Positions 1-9,041 of a stretch of 27,479 nt of DNA are shown in pieces. The stretch is from Acidimicrobiia bacterium (GTDB taxonomy: Bacteria > Actinomycetota > Acidimicrobiia > Acidimicrobiales > JANYDT01), in contig JANPDB010000823.1 of the NCBI GenBank assembly GCA_031431255.1, positions 1 through 27,479 of the forward strand, written 5' to 3'. Each line of letters opens with the position of its first letter. The stretch's first letter is position 1. The notes beneath the pieces were generated by a model. It was not told where the DNA came from and searched no databases. It saw only the letters and a program-made list of their open reading frames with translations. Position numbers and translations under genes: made by a program.

Positions 1-19
1 GCGGGGGTGGCGCGACACT

Positions 20-304
20 TCAGGCCTTCAGCAGACGTTGGATGGCTTTGGTCGCTTCCGAGATCTTGACGGCACCCTCGGGGCCGCTCGTGGCGACGGC
101 GCTGGCGACGCAGTGGTGGAGGTGTTCGTCGAGCAGGTTCACGGCCACGCTCTGCAGCGCTTTGCTGACCGAGGCCACCTGGGTGAGTACGTCGATGCAG
201 TAGATGTCTTCGTCGACCATCCGCTGCAGGCCGCGTACCTGGCCTTCGATGCGCCTGAGGCGGGCGAGGTGGTCGGCCTTGTTGGCTGCGTAGCCAGTTG
301 TCAT
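20..304 (-). CDS. csoR: Copper-sensing transcriptional repressor, CsoR/RcnR family (94 aa)
   Basis: Starts MTTGYAANKADHLARLRRIEGQVRGLQRMVDEDIYCIDVLTQ; contains the RLRRIEGQVRG family signature and the Cu(I) ligand set Cys (YCID) plus His/Cys (HLHHC). ATG at 304 is preceded by AAGGAG (complement of 313-318). The 75-codon upstream extension in the ORF track overlaps copA and is discarded. Confidence 0.95.
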   Translation of the reverse strand: MTTGYAANKADHLARLRRIEGQVRGLQRMVDEDIYCIDVLTQVASVSKALQSVAVNLLDEHLHHCVASAVATSGPEGAVKISEATKAIQRLLKA

Positions 305-316
305 CGCGTTGTCTCC

Positions 317-345
317 TTGACAGACGTGGGATACCCCCCTAGGGT
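317..345 (+). promoter_or_regulatory. Housekeeping-sigma promoter for copA: TTGACA-N17-TAGGGT
   Basis: Perfect TTGACA at 317-322, 17-nt spacer, TAGGGT (TANNNT) at 340-345. AAGGAG at 368-373 precedes the GTG at 381. Confidence 0.8.
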
Positions 346-347
346 AT
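331..347. promoter_or_regulatory. CsoR-type operator ATACCC-CCCTA-GGGTAT
   Basis: 6-5-6 inverted repeat with TAC/GTA flanks and C/G tracts, the known architecture of Streptomyces/Bacillus CsoR operators. It lies between csoR and copA and overlaps both predicted -10 boxes. Confidence 0.85.
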
Positions 348-369
348 ATTACAGGAAGTTCAAACGCAA
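341..369 (-). promoter_or_regulatory. Putative csoR promoter: TTGCGT-N17-TACCCT
   Basis: On the minus strand TTGCGT (369-364), a 17-nt spacer and TACCCT (346-341, TANNNT), pointing toward the csoR SD at 313-318. Confidence 0.6.
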
Positions 370-380
370 GGAGTGTCGCC

Positions 381-2696
381 GTGGCGGCCATCGCATCACC
401 GGGAAACGACAGCATTGCATCGAGCACGGAAACGGTTCGTCTTGACATCACCGGGATGACGTGCGCGTCCTGCGCCGCTCGGATCGAGAAGCGGCTCAAC
501 AAGCTCGAGGGTGTCGAAGCCACGGTCAACTACGCGACCGAGCAAGCCACCGTCAGGGTGCCCATGGGTTCGGTCACGACCGAGCAACTGGTGCATGCCG
601 TGGAGGCGATCGGCTATCAAGCCGCACCGGTCGTCACGACGCCGGCCGTCGCAGTCGCAACGAGTTCGGATGGGTCCCAACGCGGCGGCTCGCCGGGATC
701 GGCGAAAGACATCGACGCGGAGCGTCACGTGGCCGAGCTGCGTCAGCGGCTGCTGGTGTCAGCGTCGTTGGCAGTGCCGGTCGCAGTGATGTCGATGGTC
801 CCGGCCGCGCAGTTCGACAACTGGCAATGGCTTGCTCTCACACTGGCGTCTCCGGTGGTGGTGTGGGGCGGGTGGCCGTTCCATCGTGCGGCGTGGATGA
901 ACGCTCGCCACCGCGCCACGACGATGGACACGCTGATTTCCGTCGGCACGCTCTCCGCCTATGTCTGGTCGCTGTACGCACTGTTCTTCGGTCATGCCGG
1001 CATGGTGGGCATGAAGATGGGCTTCGAGCTGACGCTCCGCCGCGACAGTGCCGCGGGTCATCTCTATCTCGAGGTCGCATCCGCGGTGATCGTGTTCCTG
1101 CTCGCCGGTCGCTACTTCGAGAGCAAGGCCAAGCGGCAGGCGGGTGCTGCATTGCGAGCGCTGCTCACGCTGGGTGCAAAGGAGGCGACCGTCGTCGACG
1201 CCAATGGCCTCGAAACAACGGTGTCCATCGACGCGCTGGTCGTCGGGTCACGTTTCGTGGTTCGGCCCGGCGAGAAGATCGCGACCGATGGCGTGGTCGA
1301 ATCCGGCTCCTCCGCCGTCGATGCGTCACTGCTGACGGGGGAGAGCGTCCCGGTCGAGGTCCGGCCCGGCGATCCCGTCACCGGTGCCACGGTGAATGTG
1401 GGCGGACGCCTGGTCGTCCGGGCAACGAGGGTCGGCTCGGACACCGCTCTCGCCCAGATGGCACGGCTCGTCGAAGAGGCGCAGACCGGGAAAGCTCCCG
1501 TGCAGCGACTGGCGGACCGGGTGTCGGCGGTGTTCGTCCCGGTCGTGATCGGCCTCGCCGCGTTGACGTTGGCGTACTGGCTGGTGCGTGGCGAAGGCGG
1601 GCAGGCGGCGTTCACTGCCGCCGTAAGCGTGCTTATTATTGCCTGCCCCTGTGCGCTCGGGCTCGCTACGCCTACTGCGTTGTTGGTTGGCACCGGCCGC
1701 GGCGCGCAGATGGGCATCGTGATCAAGGGGCCGGAGATCCTGGAATCCACACGGCGGGTCGACACCATCGTGATGGACAAGACCGGCACCGTCACCACCG
1801 GCCGGATGTCGCTCGTCGACGTGATTCCCGCTCCCGGATTCGATGTTGACGAGGTCCTTGGACTCGTCGGCGCGGCAGAGCACGCCTCGGAGCACCCGAT
1901 TGCCAAGGCGATTGCACTGGCCGCAACCGAACGGCTCGGTGCGTTGCCGCCGGTCGAGTCGTTCGCCAACCACGAAGGTCTCGGTGTGCAGGGCGTCGTC
2001 GCCGGCCGGGCCATTGTGGCCGGTCGCCCGCGACTCCTCGCCGACTGGTCCGTCGTGATCCCCGACGTCCTCGTCTCCGCCCAACGTGAAGCCGAAGGTG
2101 CCGGACGCACGGCGATCTTGGCGGCGATCGACGGAAGGGCTGCTGCGCTCTTTACGGTGGCCGACACGGCGAAGCCGACGAGTGCCGAGGCCGTAGCGCA
2201 GTTGAAGGCGTTGGGGCTGCGGCCGATCCTGCTCACGGGTGACAACGAGACGGTCGCCCGAACGGTGGCCAAGGCGGTCGGGATCGATGAAGTGATTGCC
2301 GAGGTGCTTCCGGCCGACAAGGTGGCGCGGATCAAGGAGCTCCAGGCGCAAGGCCGGATCGTGGCCATGGTGGGGGACGGCGTCAACGATGCTGCGGCCC
2401 TCGCCCAGGCCGACCTCGGACTGGCCATGGGCACCGGCAGTGATGCTGCCATCGAGGCCGCCGACCTCACGTTGGTCCGCGGTGATCTTCGTGCTGCCGC
2501 CGATGCCATCCGGCTCTCGCGACGCACGCTCGCCACGATCAAGGCGAACCTGTTCTGGGCCTTCGCGTACAACGTTGCCGCCATCCCGCTTGCGGCGTTG
2601 GGTTATCTCAACCCGCTGATAGCCGGCGCAGCGATGGCCTTCTCCAGCGTCTTCGTCGTCTCCAACAGCCTGCGCCTGCGCCGCTTCGGCCGATAA
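381..2696 (+). CDS. copA: Cu(I)-translocating P1B-1 ATPase with one N-terminal HMA domain (771 aa)
   Basis: GMTCASC HMA motif, TGES actuator motif, [18 protein letters not shown] phosphorylation site, SEHP, GDGVNDA, and YN plus AMAFSS in the last helices (Cu+ site). SD AAGGAG upstream; divergent from csoR. Confidence 0.96.
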   Translation: MAAIASPGNDSIASSTETVRLDITGMTCASCAARIEKRLNKLEGVEATVNYATEQATVRVPMGSVTTEQLVHAVEAIGYQAAPVVTTPAVAVATSSDGSQRGGSPGSAKDIDAERHVAELRQRLLVSASLAVPVAVMSMVPAAQFDNWQWLALTLASPVVVWGGWPFHRAAWMNARHRATTMDTLISVGTLSAYVWSLYALFFGHAGMVGMKMGFELTLRRDSAAGHLYLEVASAVIVFLLAGRYFESKAKRQAGAALRALLTLGAKEATVVDANGLETTVSIDALVVGSRFVVRPGEKIATDGVVESGSSAVDASLLTGESVPVEVRPGDPVTGATVNVGGRLVVRATRVGSDTALAQMARLVEEAQTGKAPVQRLADRVSAVFVPVVIGLAALTLAYWLVRGEGGQAAFTAAVSVLIIACPCALGLATPTALLVGTGRGAQMGIVIKGPEILESTRRVDTIVMDKTGTVTTGRMSLVDVIPAPGFDVDEVLGLVGAAEHASEHPIAKAIALAATERLGALPPVESFANHEGLGVQGVVAGRAIVAGRPRLLADWSVVIPDVLVSAQREAEGAGRTAILAAIDGRAAALFTVADTAKPTSAEAVAQLKALGLRPILLTGDNETVARTVAKAVGIDEVIAEVLPADKVARIKELQAQGRIVAMVGDGVNDAAALAQADLGLAMGTGSDAAIEAADLTLVRGDLRAAADAIRLSRRTLATIKANLFWAFAYNVAAIPLAALGYLNPLIAGAAMAFSSVFVVSNSLRLRRFGR

Positions 2697-2801
2697 CTGC
2701 AGCGCTGCTTCGGTTGCGCGTCCATCCGCTTGTTGTGGACCATGATTCGCACTCGGAAGAACACGCACGATCCGCCGTACTCGGCAGGGGGGAAGCAAGC
2801 C

Positions 2802-3620
2802 GTGGAAGTCGTTATCGTCGCCGACCGGTCTGCCGCTGGCGCTCTTGTCGCGGACCAGATCGAACACCTCGTCCGGTCGAAACCGAACGCAAGGATCGGT
2901 CTCGCTACCGGGAGCTCGCCGCTGGAGATCTACCGTTCGCTCATCGACCGATGTCGCGCCGGCCGCGTGTCGTTCGCGGAATCGTCGATGTACATGCTCG
3001 ACGAGTATCTCGGTCTACCCGAGGGCCATGACCAGTCCTATCGGGCGTTCCTTCACACCGAGCTGCTCGATCACCTCGACGTCCCTTCGGAGCGGCTCTT
3101 CGGACCGAACGTGCATGCCGACGACCCGCGGGTCGCATGTGCCGAGTACGAGGCACTGCTCGCGGCGTCGCCGATCGACCTGCAGATCCTCGGCGTCGGG
3201 TCCGACGGTCATATCGGTTTCAACGAGCCGACGTCGTCGCTCAGCTCGCGTACTCGGGTCAAGACGCTGACCCGGCAAACCCGTCAGGACAACGCCCGCT
3301 TCTTCGACTCGATCGATGACGTGCCCCACCACGTCATCACCCAGGGCATCGGCACGATCCTCGATGCCGGCCATGTCGTGCTCATCGCGTGCGGAGCGGG
3401 AAAAGCATCTGCCGTCGCAAGCCTCGTGGAAGGCCCGTTGTCGGCGATGTTCCCTGCTTCCGCGCTTCAGCTGCACCCGCACGCAACGGTCGTCGTCGAC
3501 GAGGCCGCGGCCGGCATGCTCCAACTGGCCGAGTACTACCGCGACGTCTACGCCAATCGGCCGGCCTGGCAGAAGCTCCCGGACCTGACGGACAACCAAG
3601 CGAACAACGGTCTCCAGTGA
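2802..3620 (+). CDS. nagB: Glucosamine-6-phosphate deaminase (272 aa)
   Basis: GLATGSSP, LDEY, GVGSDGHIGFNEP and ITQGIGTI motifs. GTG at 2802 (MEVVIV) follows a G-rich SD at about 2786-2793; the ORF-track start at 2730 adds a non-family extension. Confidence 0.95.
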   Translation: MEVVIVADRSAAGALVADQIEHLVRSKPNARIGLATGSSPLEIYRSLIDRCRAGRVSFAESSMYMLDEYLGLPEGHDQSYRAFLHTELLDHLDVPSERLFGPNVHADDPRVACAEYEALLAASPIDLQILGVGSDGHIGFNEPTSSLSSRTRVKTLTRQTRQDNARFFDSIDDVPHHVITQGIGTILDAGHVVLIACGAGKASAVASLVEGPLSAMFPASALQLHPHATVVVDEAAAGMLQLAEYYRDVYANRPAWQKLPDLTDNQANNGLQ

Positions 3621-5374
3621 ACGACGGGACTGATGATCCGCACGTGCCGAGGCATGTGCCGATTCGAGTGCTGTTCAACCATGTCGGCTACGCCGCCGAC
3701 GGTCCCAAGCCGATCTTGGTCGAGGCACAGGCCGACGTGGGGTGGGTCGAGGTCGAGCAGATCGACGTTGCCTCCGGTGCCGCTGCCGGTGCGCTCGCTC
3801 CGAGGTTCGTCGGTGGCGTTGACGGGTGGTCGATGGGGCCGTGGTGGCGAGTCGATCTCGACGCGCTCGTGCGACCCGGGCGGTATGCAGTGCGCTGGCG
3901 AACCGCAGACGGTGGAAGCGGTCAGAGCGAGACCATCACGATTCGGGCCGCTCGCGACGAGCGTTCGATGATCTCCGACATTGTGTATTACCTGAAGGGT
4001 CAGCGTTGCACGGGCATCTACGACTCGGCCGATGCCAATGCCCCGCGCATCGATGACGGTAGGCGTCACGACGTTCACGGTGGTTGGTACGACGCTTCGG
4101 GCGACACGAGCAAGTACCTGTCGCATCTGTCGTATGCGGCGGGCATGAACCCGCAGCAGACACCGCTGGTGGTCTGGACGCTGCTTCGCTGTTGGCAGTT
4201 GTACCGGGCGGCCGGTGCCCACCCGTACTTCCTTGAACGGCTCCGTGACGAAGCCACCCACGGCGCCGATTGGTTGGTTCGGATGCAGGACGCTGATGGG
4301 TACTGGAACATGACCGTGTTCGACCGCTGGTCGAAGGATCCGGAGCAACGTTGCGTTTCCACCTACCGCACGCAAGCGGGTGACCTCTACGACGGCTATC
4401 GGTGTGGTTGGCGACAGGGTGGAGGGATGGCGGTGGCGGCGTTGGCGCTCGCCTCCACCGTCGACCGTGGCGGTGAGTTCGACAGCGACCGGTACCGCAG
4501 TGCGGCCCGATCGGGGTTTCATCACCTGGTCGAGCACGGTTACCGGTACCGCACCCATGGCCCCGCCGACGACCCCGACGAGAACGTGCTGGACGACACC
4601 TGTGCTCTGCTCGCGGCCTGCGAGTTGGCGCTCGTCGACGCCGACCCGGTGGTGGCGACAGAGTTGGCGCGTCGGGTGGCATCGCTGAGCGGCCGCGTGC
4701 GCAGCACCGGCGCCGTGACGTGGCTGGTTGCCGATCATGAGGAGCGCCGGTCGTTCTTTCACGCGAGCGATTCCGGCTTGCCGATCGTCGCGCTCTCGCG
4801 GGTCGCCGCGGCGTTTCAAGACCGCGGCGTCGCCGAGAAGGCCGGCTTGGCTGCGGCACAGCTGGTCGATGCGCAACTCTCGCTTGGGCGCCGTCTGGAG
4901 AATCCCTTCGGATACCCGCCGCACTGGGTCATGGCCCCCAGCTTTGGGGCGCATGCGAGGTGGTTCTTCCCGCATCGCAATCCGTCAGGCTATTGGTGGC
5001 AGGGCGAGAACGCCCGACTCGCCTCCTTGGCCGCAGCCGCATTCGGAGTAGCGAGAGGGGAACAGCGCACCGACGTTCGCGACGCAGCGTGGCGGTGGAT
5101 CGATTGGATCCTGGGTGCCAACCCGTTCGACGTGTGCATGCTGCAGGGCCGTGGGCGCAACAACCCGCTCTACGCCCCACCGTTCGACAATGCGCCCGGG
5201 GGCGTCGCCAACGGCGTCACGGCCGGGTTCGACAACGAGGACGACATTGCGTTCGCACCCGACCCCTGGGCCGACGATCCGCTCCAGAACTGGCGATGGG
5301 GCGAGCAATGGATGCCGCACGCCGCCTGGCTGATGTATGCCCTCACCCTGTCCGATACGGGTGGTGCCGCCTGA
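3617..5374 (+). CDS. Glycoside hydrolase family 9, Vibrionaceae-type exo-beta-D-glucosaminidase/chitobiase-like (585 aa, no signal peptide seen)
   Basis: NHVGY..GPK N-terminal motif, GGWYDASGDTSKYLSHLSYA (Asp159/Asp163), NPQQTP.VVW, GYWWQGENARLASLA and NWRWGEQW (Glu563), all recalled features of the Photobacterium/Vibrio GH9 glucosaminidase subfamily. GTG at 3617 overlaps the nagB stop (GTGA). Confidence 0.85.
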   Translation: MNDGTDDPHVPRHVPIRVLFNHVGYAADGPKPILVEAQADVGWVEVEQIDVASGAAAGALAPRFVGGVDGWSMGPWWRVDLDALVRPGRYAVRWRTADGGSGQSETITIRAARDERSMISDIVYYLKGQRCTGIYDSADANAPRIDDGRRHDVHGGWYDASGDTSKYLSHLSYAAGMNPQQTPLVVWTLLRCWQLYRAAGAHPYFLERLRDEATHGADWLVRMQDADGYWNMTVFDRWSKDPEQRCVSTYRTQAGDLYDGYRCGWRQGGGMAVAALALASTVDRGGEFDSDRYRSAARSGFHHLVEHGYRYRTHGPADDPDENVLDDTCALLAACELALVDADPVVATELARRVASLSGRVRSTGAVTWLVADHEERRSFFHASDSGLPIVALSRVAAAFQDRGVAEKAGLAAAQLVDAQLSLGRRLENPFGYPPHWVMAPSFGAHARWFFPHRNPSGYWWQGENARLASLAAAAFGVARGEQRTDVRDAAWRWIDWILGANPFDVCMLQGRGRNNPLYAPPFDNAPGGVANGVTAGFDNEDDIAFAPDPWADDPLQNWRWGEQWMPHAAWLMYALTLSDTGGAA

Positions 5375-5672
5375 CGGACGACAGCGCCGCCTCGGGAGTT
5401 GGCCGCGTGGGGAATTCGTGCGGGGGCGGGCCAGCACGTCGCGGCGCGTAGACGGCGAGTGCGACTATGAAACAGGAGAGGGCAGCTTGCTTTGCTGCCG
5501 ACTAGGTGGATGAGCGCGATGCCGCTCAACAACGACGGTCACGGCTGGGCGGACCTTTCGTACATCGTCGCTGGTGTCGCCGGACGCTCTGCCGTACCGT
5601 TGAGGCTGCCTGAGTGTTGGCCGGGCGTTGCATAGCTTCGCTGTCACAAGAACCCGCCGCGAAGGAGGACCA

Positions 5673-6404
5673 GTGAACAGTCCAGCCATTGAACTTCGCG
5701 GGTTGAGCCACCGCTACGACAAGGACCCTGTGCTGCGCGGCATCGACCTCACGATCGAGGCGGGAGAGATCTTCGGGTTCCTCGGTCACAACGGTGCGGG
5801 CAAGACCACCGCGATCAACATCCTCACGACCCTCATTGAACCGACGTCAGGTACTGCGAAGGTGTGCGGGTACGACGTCGTCGCGGAGCGGCGCGACGTC
5901 ACGCGTTGCATTGGGTACCTGCCTTCTGAGATCCGCATGTATGGCCACATGACCGCAGCCGAGAACCTCGTGTTCTTCGCCAAGCTCTCAGGAGTGTCCG
6001 AGCCGCGCAAAGCTGTCGCGGAAACCCTTGAGTACCTTGGCTGTGCCGACCTCGCCGACAAGCGCGTCGGATCGTTCTCTACAGGAATGCGTCAGCGGAT
6101 CGGGATTGCTCAAGCCGTGGTCCACCGGCCGCAGGTGCTCTTTCTTGACGAACCCACCTCCGGGCTTGACCCGCTCGGCGTTCGAGTACTGCGCGAGACG
6201 ATCCTGCGTCTCAACCGCGACTTCGGGATGACAGTGTTCATGAACACGCCTCTGCTCAGCGAAGTGTCCAAAGTGTGCACCACCATCGGCGTCCTCAATC
6301 ACGGCGAGTTGATCTACAAGGACTCGATCGAGGAGACCATCCGGAAGTTTCCCGACGAGGCCTCGCTCGAAGACATCTACGTTCGCATCGAGGCCCTGTC
6401 GTGA
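5673..6404 (+). CDS. ABC exporter ATP-binding protein, ABC-2/DrrA-like (243 aa); H-loop His replaced by Pro
   Basis: Walker A GHNGAGKTT, signature FSTGMRQR, Walker B FLDEPTSGLD. SD GAAGGAGG at 5661-5668 before GTG 5673. The switch region reads FMNTPLLSEV. Confidence 0.92.
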   Translation: MNSPAIELRGLSHRYDKDPVLRGIDLTIEAGEIFGFLGHNGAGKTTAINILTTLIEPTSGTAKVCGYDVVAERRDVTRCIGYLPSEIRMYGHMTAAENLVFFAKLSGVSEPRKAVAETLEYLGCADLADKRVGSFSTGMRQRIGIAQAVVHRPQVLFLDEPTSGLDPLGVRVLRETILRLNRDFGMTVFMNTPLLSEVSKVCTTIGVLNHGELIYKDSIEETIRKFPDEASLEDIYVRIEALS

Positions 6405-7315
6405 TCGCTACTGTCACCTCGCAACAGGTGTTGTCACTGCGTCGCCAGCGTGTGTTCCTCGCGATGCTCACCACGCTGCTGACGATGACCGTCTTCGCCG
6501 GGGTGCTCGGCTGGTCCAGCCATCGGACGATTGTCCGGGTCTACGACGAAGCGGTCAAGCTTTTGGCCTCTACCGGCAAACCGGCACCTCCCAACCCGTT
6601 CCTGCTCAAACCGACCCTGTCGATGCTGTCCAACATGGTCGTCTATATCCCTCTGATCGGCGCGCTTCTCGCACTCCTCATCGGCCACCTCAGCATTGTC
6701 GACGACGAAGTCGACGGCACCGGAAGGCTTGTGTTCTCCCGTCAGATCACCCGCACCAGCTACGCCCTCGGCAAGATGGTCGGGACGGCAATCGTGCTCG
6801 CCGCTATCGCCGCAGCCAGCCTTCTCGTCAGCGCCGCCTCACTCTTCGTCGTCAACCACACCATCGCCGTCGGCGACTTCGGACGCCTCGGGCTCTTCTA
6901 CGCGCTCTCGTGGTTGTACCTGATGGTCTTCGGTCTGATCGGTATGGTTACGGTGCTCAGCTCCCGCCGCCGCTCCATCGCCCTTCTCGCGGCCATGGGG
7001 GCGTGGCTCGTGTTGACGTTCGTGATTCCCCAGTTCACCTCCGGGCTGCGCCCTACCCAATCGCTCAATCCGATAACCGACCCATCGAGCAGCTCCCAAA
7101 CCTTCTTCAAGGTCACCGCGAAGCTGCGGCCCTACTCCGTGGTCGAGCAATACAAGGAAGCAAGCGGGCGCGTCCTGCAAACCGCGACGGCCGAATCGCT
7201 CGACCGCACCATCTTGCGAATTCTGGCGATCGTCGGGCTTGTGCTCGTCCTTGCGCTAGTGAACGTTCGACTCGTGCAACGCCACGATTTCTCGCGGAGC
7301 GCCGTTGATGAATGA
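6401..7315 (+). CDS. ABC-2 type (NosY-like) permease 1 (304 aa)
   Basis: About 6 hydrophobic segments; GHLSIVDDEVDGTGRLVFSRQITR resembles the ABC-2 coupling region. GTG overlaps the ATPase stop (GTGA). Confidence 0.85.
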   Translation: MIATVTSQQVLSLRRQRVFLAMLTTLLTMTVFAGVLGWSSHRTIVRVYDEAVKLLASTGKPAPPNPFLLKPTLSMLSNMVVYIPLIGALLALLIGHLSIVDDEVDGTGRLVFSRQITRTSYALGKMVGTAIVLAAIAAASLLVSAASLFVVNHTIAVGDFGRLGLFYALSWLYLMVFGLIGMVTVLSSRRRSIALLAAMGAWLVLTFVIPQFTSGLRPTQSLNPITDPSSSSQTFFKVTAKLRPYSVVEQYKEASGRVLQTATAESLDRTILRILAIVGLVLVLALVNVRLVQRHDFSRSAVDE

Positions 7316-8294
7316 CTCGACCAACCGCATCATCGCGCTCGCCCACCATGACTATCGCGCGGCTGTGCGAAGCAGGATCTTGTTCGTGCTGCTCGGCATC
7401 TGCGTCACTGTCACTGCGGTGTCCGTGTACATCGCATCGATCGATTACGCGGGCAATCTCGCCGACTATCAGGCGTACCGTGCTGCCGCCCAAGCCAGCG
7501 GACTTGCCCGTATCGCACCCTCGCCTTTCGCCGCGGCGTCGTTGCTGCGCGGCGCAATGGAGTACCTCGAAATCATTGGCGCCGTCGTCGCGATCACTCT
7601 CGGCTACCTCAGCGTCTCTCGAGAACGCAACAACCGGACGTTGCCCCTCATCCGCTCCCGGCCGGTCACCTCCCGCGAACTCGCTTTGGGCAGTCTCCTC
7701 GGCGCAGTTGGCGTGATCGCAACGCTGGTGGCCGTGACGGCCGCCGTCGGGGTGCTCTGCGTCGGCGTCATCGGCCACGACTGGGTCAATGCCAGACAAG
7801 CGCTGAAACTGTTTCTCGGGTACCTCGCCGCGATTGTCTATATGGGTTCGTTCTACTGCCTCGGCGCGATCGCCACTGCGAAGTCGCGAGTCGCGACCAA
7901 CGGATTGATGATCGCCCTTGGAATCTGGCTCATCGTCGTGCTCATCCTCCCTCAGATCGGTGACACGATGGATGCCGACAACCAGATCCCAGGTGGCCTC
8001 TTCAAAGCGCTTGGCCTAGGCCACGGAGGCGAGGTACAGATCCTCACCCACTTCACTGCCTACGAGCGCACTCGGACGTGGATCGAAGAAGCGTCGCTCG
8101 CCAAACACTTCGAACGCTTCTCGTTCGCCATGACCGACGTAAAGGAGCGCTACCGCCCGTTCAGCATCCCGCGACTGCTCGGCCAGACCCGCAACGACAT
8201 CGGCTGGCTCGTGGCGTACTCTGCCGGTCTGTACGCGGGTTTGCTCCGCACTCTTCGCTCGCAACCGACGATCCCCAGCGAAGGAACCCCATGA
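7308..8294 (+). CDS. ABC-2 type (NosY-like) permease 2 (328 aa)
   Basis: GYLSVSRERNNRTLPLIRSRPVT motif typical of ABC2_membrane_2 permeases; about 6 TM segments; 8-nt overlap (ATGAATGA) with permease 1. Confidence 0.87.
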   Translation: MNDSTNRIIALAHHDYRAAVRSRILFVLLGICVTVTAVSVYIASIDYAGNLADYQAYRAAAQASGLARIAPSPFAAASLLRGAMEYLEIIGAVVAITLGYLSVSRERNNRTLPLIRSRPVTSRELALGSLLGAVGVIATLVAVTAAVGVLCVGVIGHDWVNARQALKLFLGYLAAIVYMGSFYCLGAIATAKSRVATNGLMIALGIWLIVVLILPQIGDTMDADNQIPGGLFKALGLGHGGEVQILTHFTAYERTRTWIEEASLAKHFERFSFAMTDVKERYRPFSIPRLLGQTRNDIGWLVAYSAGLYAGLLRTLRSQPTIPSEGTP

Positions 8295-8980
8295 ACTCGA
8301 CCAACCAGAGCCACGGCGCCAAACGTAGGAGTGCCTCCCTCTTCACCGCGTTACTCCTCGCGAGCGGCGGGACGCTCGTCTCCTGCGGTTCCAAGTCCGA
8401 ACCAACAGCGAAGGAGGCTCCCTCGACGACCGCGGGATCCAGCACCGCGAACGTGGCAAACACGTCCGTTACAACGGACCCGACTACCGCCCCCCGGCCG
8501 GCTGACTCGAGCACTCTCACGACCGTCCGCACCGGGGGGCCGGTTCTTCCAGTGGCCGATAACCCGATAAGCAACGCCTCCACCGTTCAAGCGCTGAAGA
8601 TCGTCTCCGTGCTCGTCGAGAACAACGTCGACAGCTCAGGCAAAGCCGCCCCCGACCACCTCGAGATTGCGCTCTCAAACACCGGGACTACGAAGCTCAC
8701 CGCGTTCGAAACCTTCTATACGTTCACTGACACGGCCACCGGCGTCACCGAGAACTACTACGCCAAGCTGCCCGCCGATTTCACTATTGCCCCTGACGGA
8801 TCACGCACGGCGCACTTTGACAATACTGGCGCTGCCGATCATTTCCCGGTCAACCAGTTCAGCCTCTATTACACCGACACCAACGCGCTCGATGTCAGCG
8901 TCATCGTCAGCGCGAACGACTCCGCTCTGCAGACTGCCAACGTTCAGAAGGATGCCGGTGGGCCCGAGACCGCCGACTGA
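8291..8980 (+). CDS. Lipoprotein of unknown function (229 aa): Thr/Ser/Pro-rich linker plus probable beta-sandwich domain
   Basis: ATG overlaps the permease 2 stop (ATGA). Basic N-region, hydrophobic core and LVS-C32 lipobox, low-complexity linker, then a beta-rich domain with three spaced His (DHLE, AHFD, DHFP). Confidence 0.8.
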   Translation: MNSTNQSHGAKRRSASLFTALLLASGGTLVSCGSKSEPTAKEAPSTTAGSSTANVANTSVTTDPTTAPRPADSSTLTTVRTGGPVLPVADNPISNASTVQALKIVSVLVENNVDSSGKAAPDHLEIALSNTGTTKLTAFETFYTFTDTATGVTENYYAKLPADFTIAPDGSRTAHFDNTGAADHFPVNQFSLYYTDTNALDVSVIVSANDSALQTANVQKDAGGPETAD

Positions 8981-9041
8981 TCCCGTGATCGGTCTTCCAC
9001 CCCAAACGCCGACCCGCCCCGCTGGGTAGGCCGGAAATCCA

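Noticed and set aside
2730-2760. DasR (dre)-like site upstream of nagB around TGTGGACCATGAT
   Set aside because: Too poor a match to the TGGTCTAGACCA core.
461-2867. Long alternative ORFs over copA (461-1849 +, 1112-2584 -, 1326-2867 -)
   Set aside because: Frame and antisense shadows expected in high-GC coding DNA; Arg/Ala/Ser-rich, no motifs, fully overlapping a well-supported gene.
3548-4975. 475-aa minus-strand ORF opposite the GH9 gene, and similar shadows over both RND genes and the ABC genes
   Set aside because: No recognisable domain or SD; explained by the codon bias of the sense gene.
5481-5499. GGCAGC-N7-GCTGCC hairpin after the GH9 gene as an intrinsic terminator
   Set aside because: Only a 6-bp stem with no U-tract on either strand and over 100 nt from the stop codon; too weak to call.
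5510-5635. 41-codon ORF (MSAMPLNNDGHGW...) upstream of the ABC-2 operon as a leader peptide or small protein
   Set aside because: No clear SD, no motif, and a length expected by chance.
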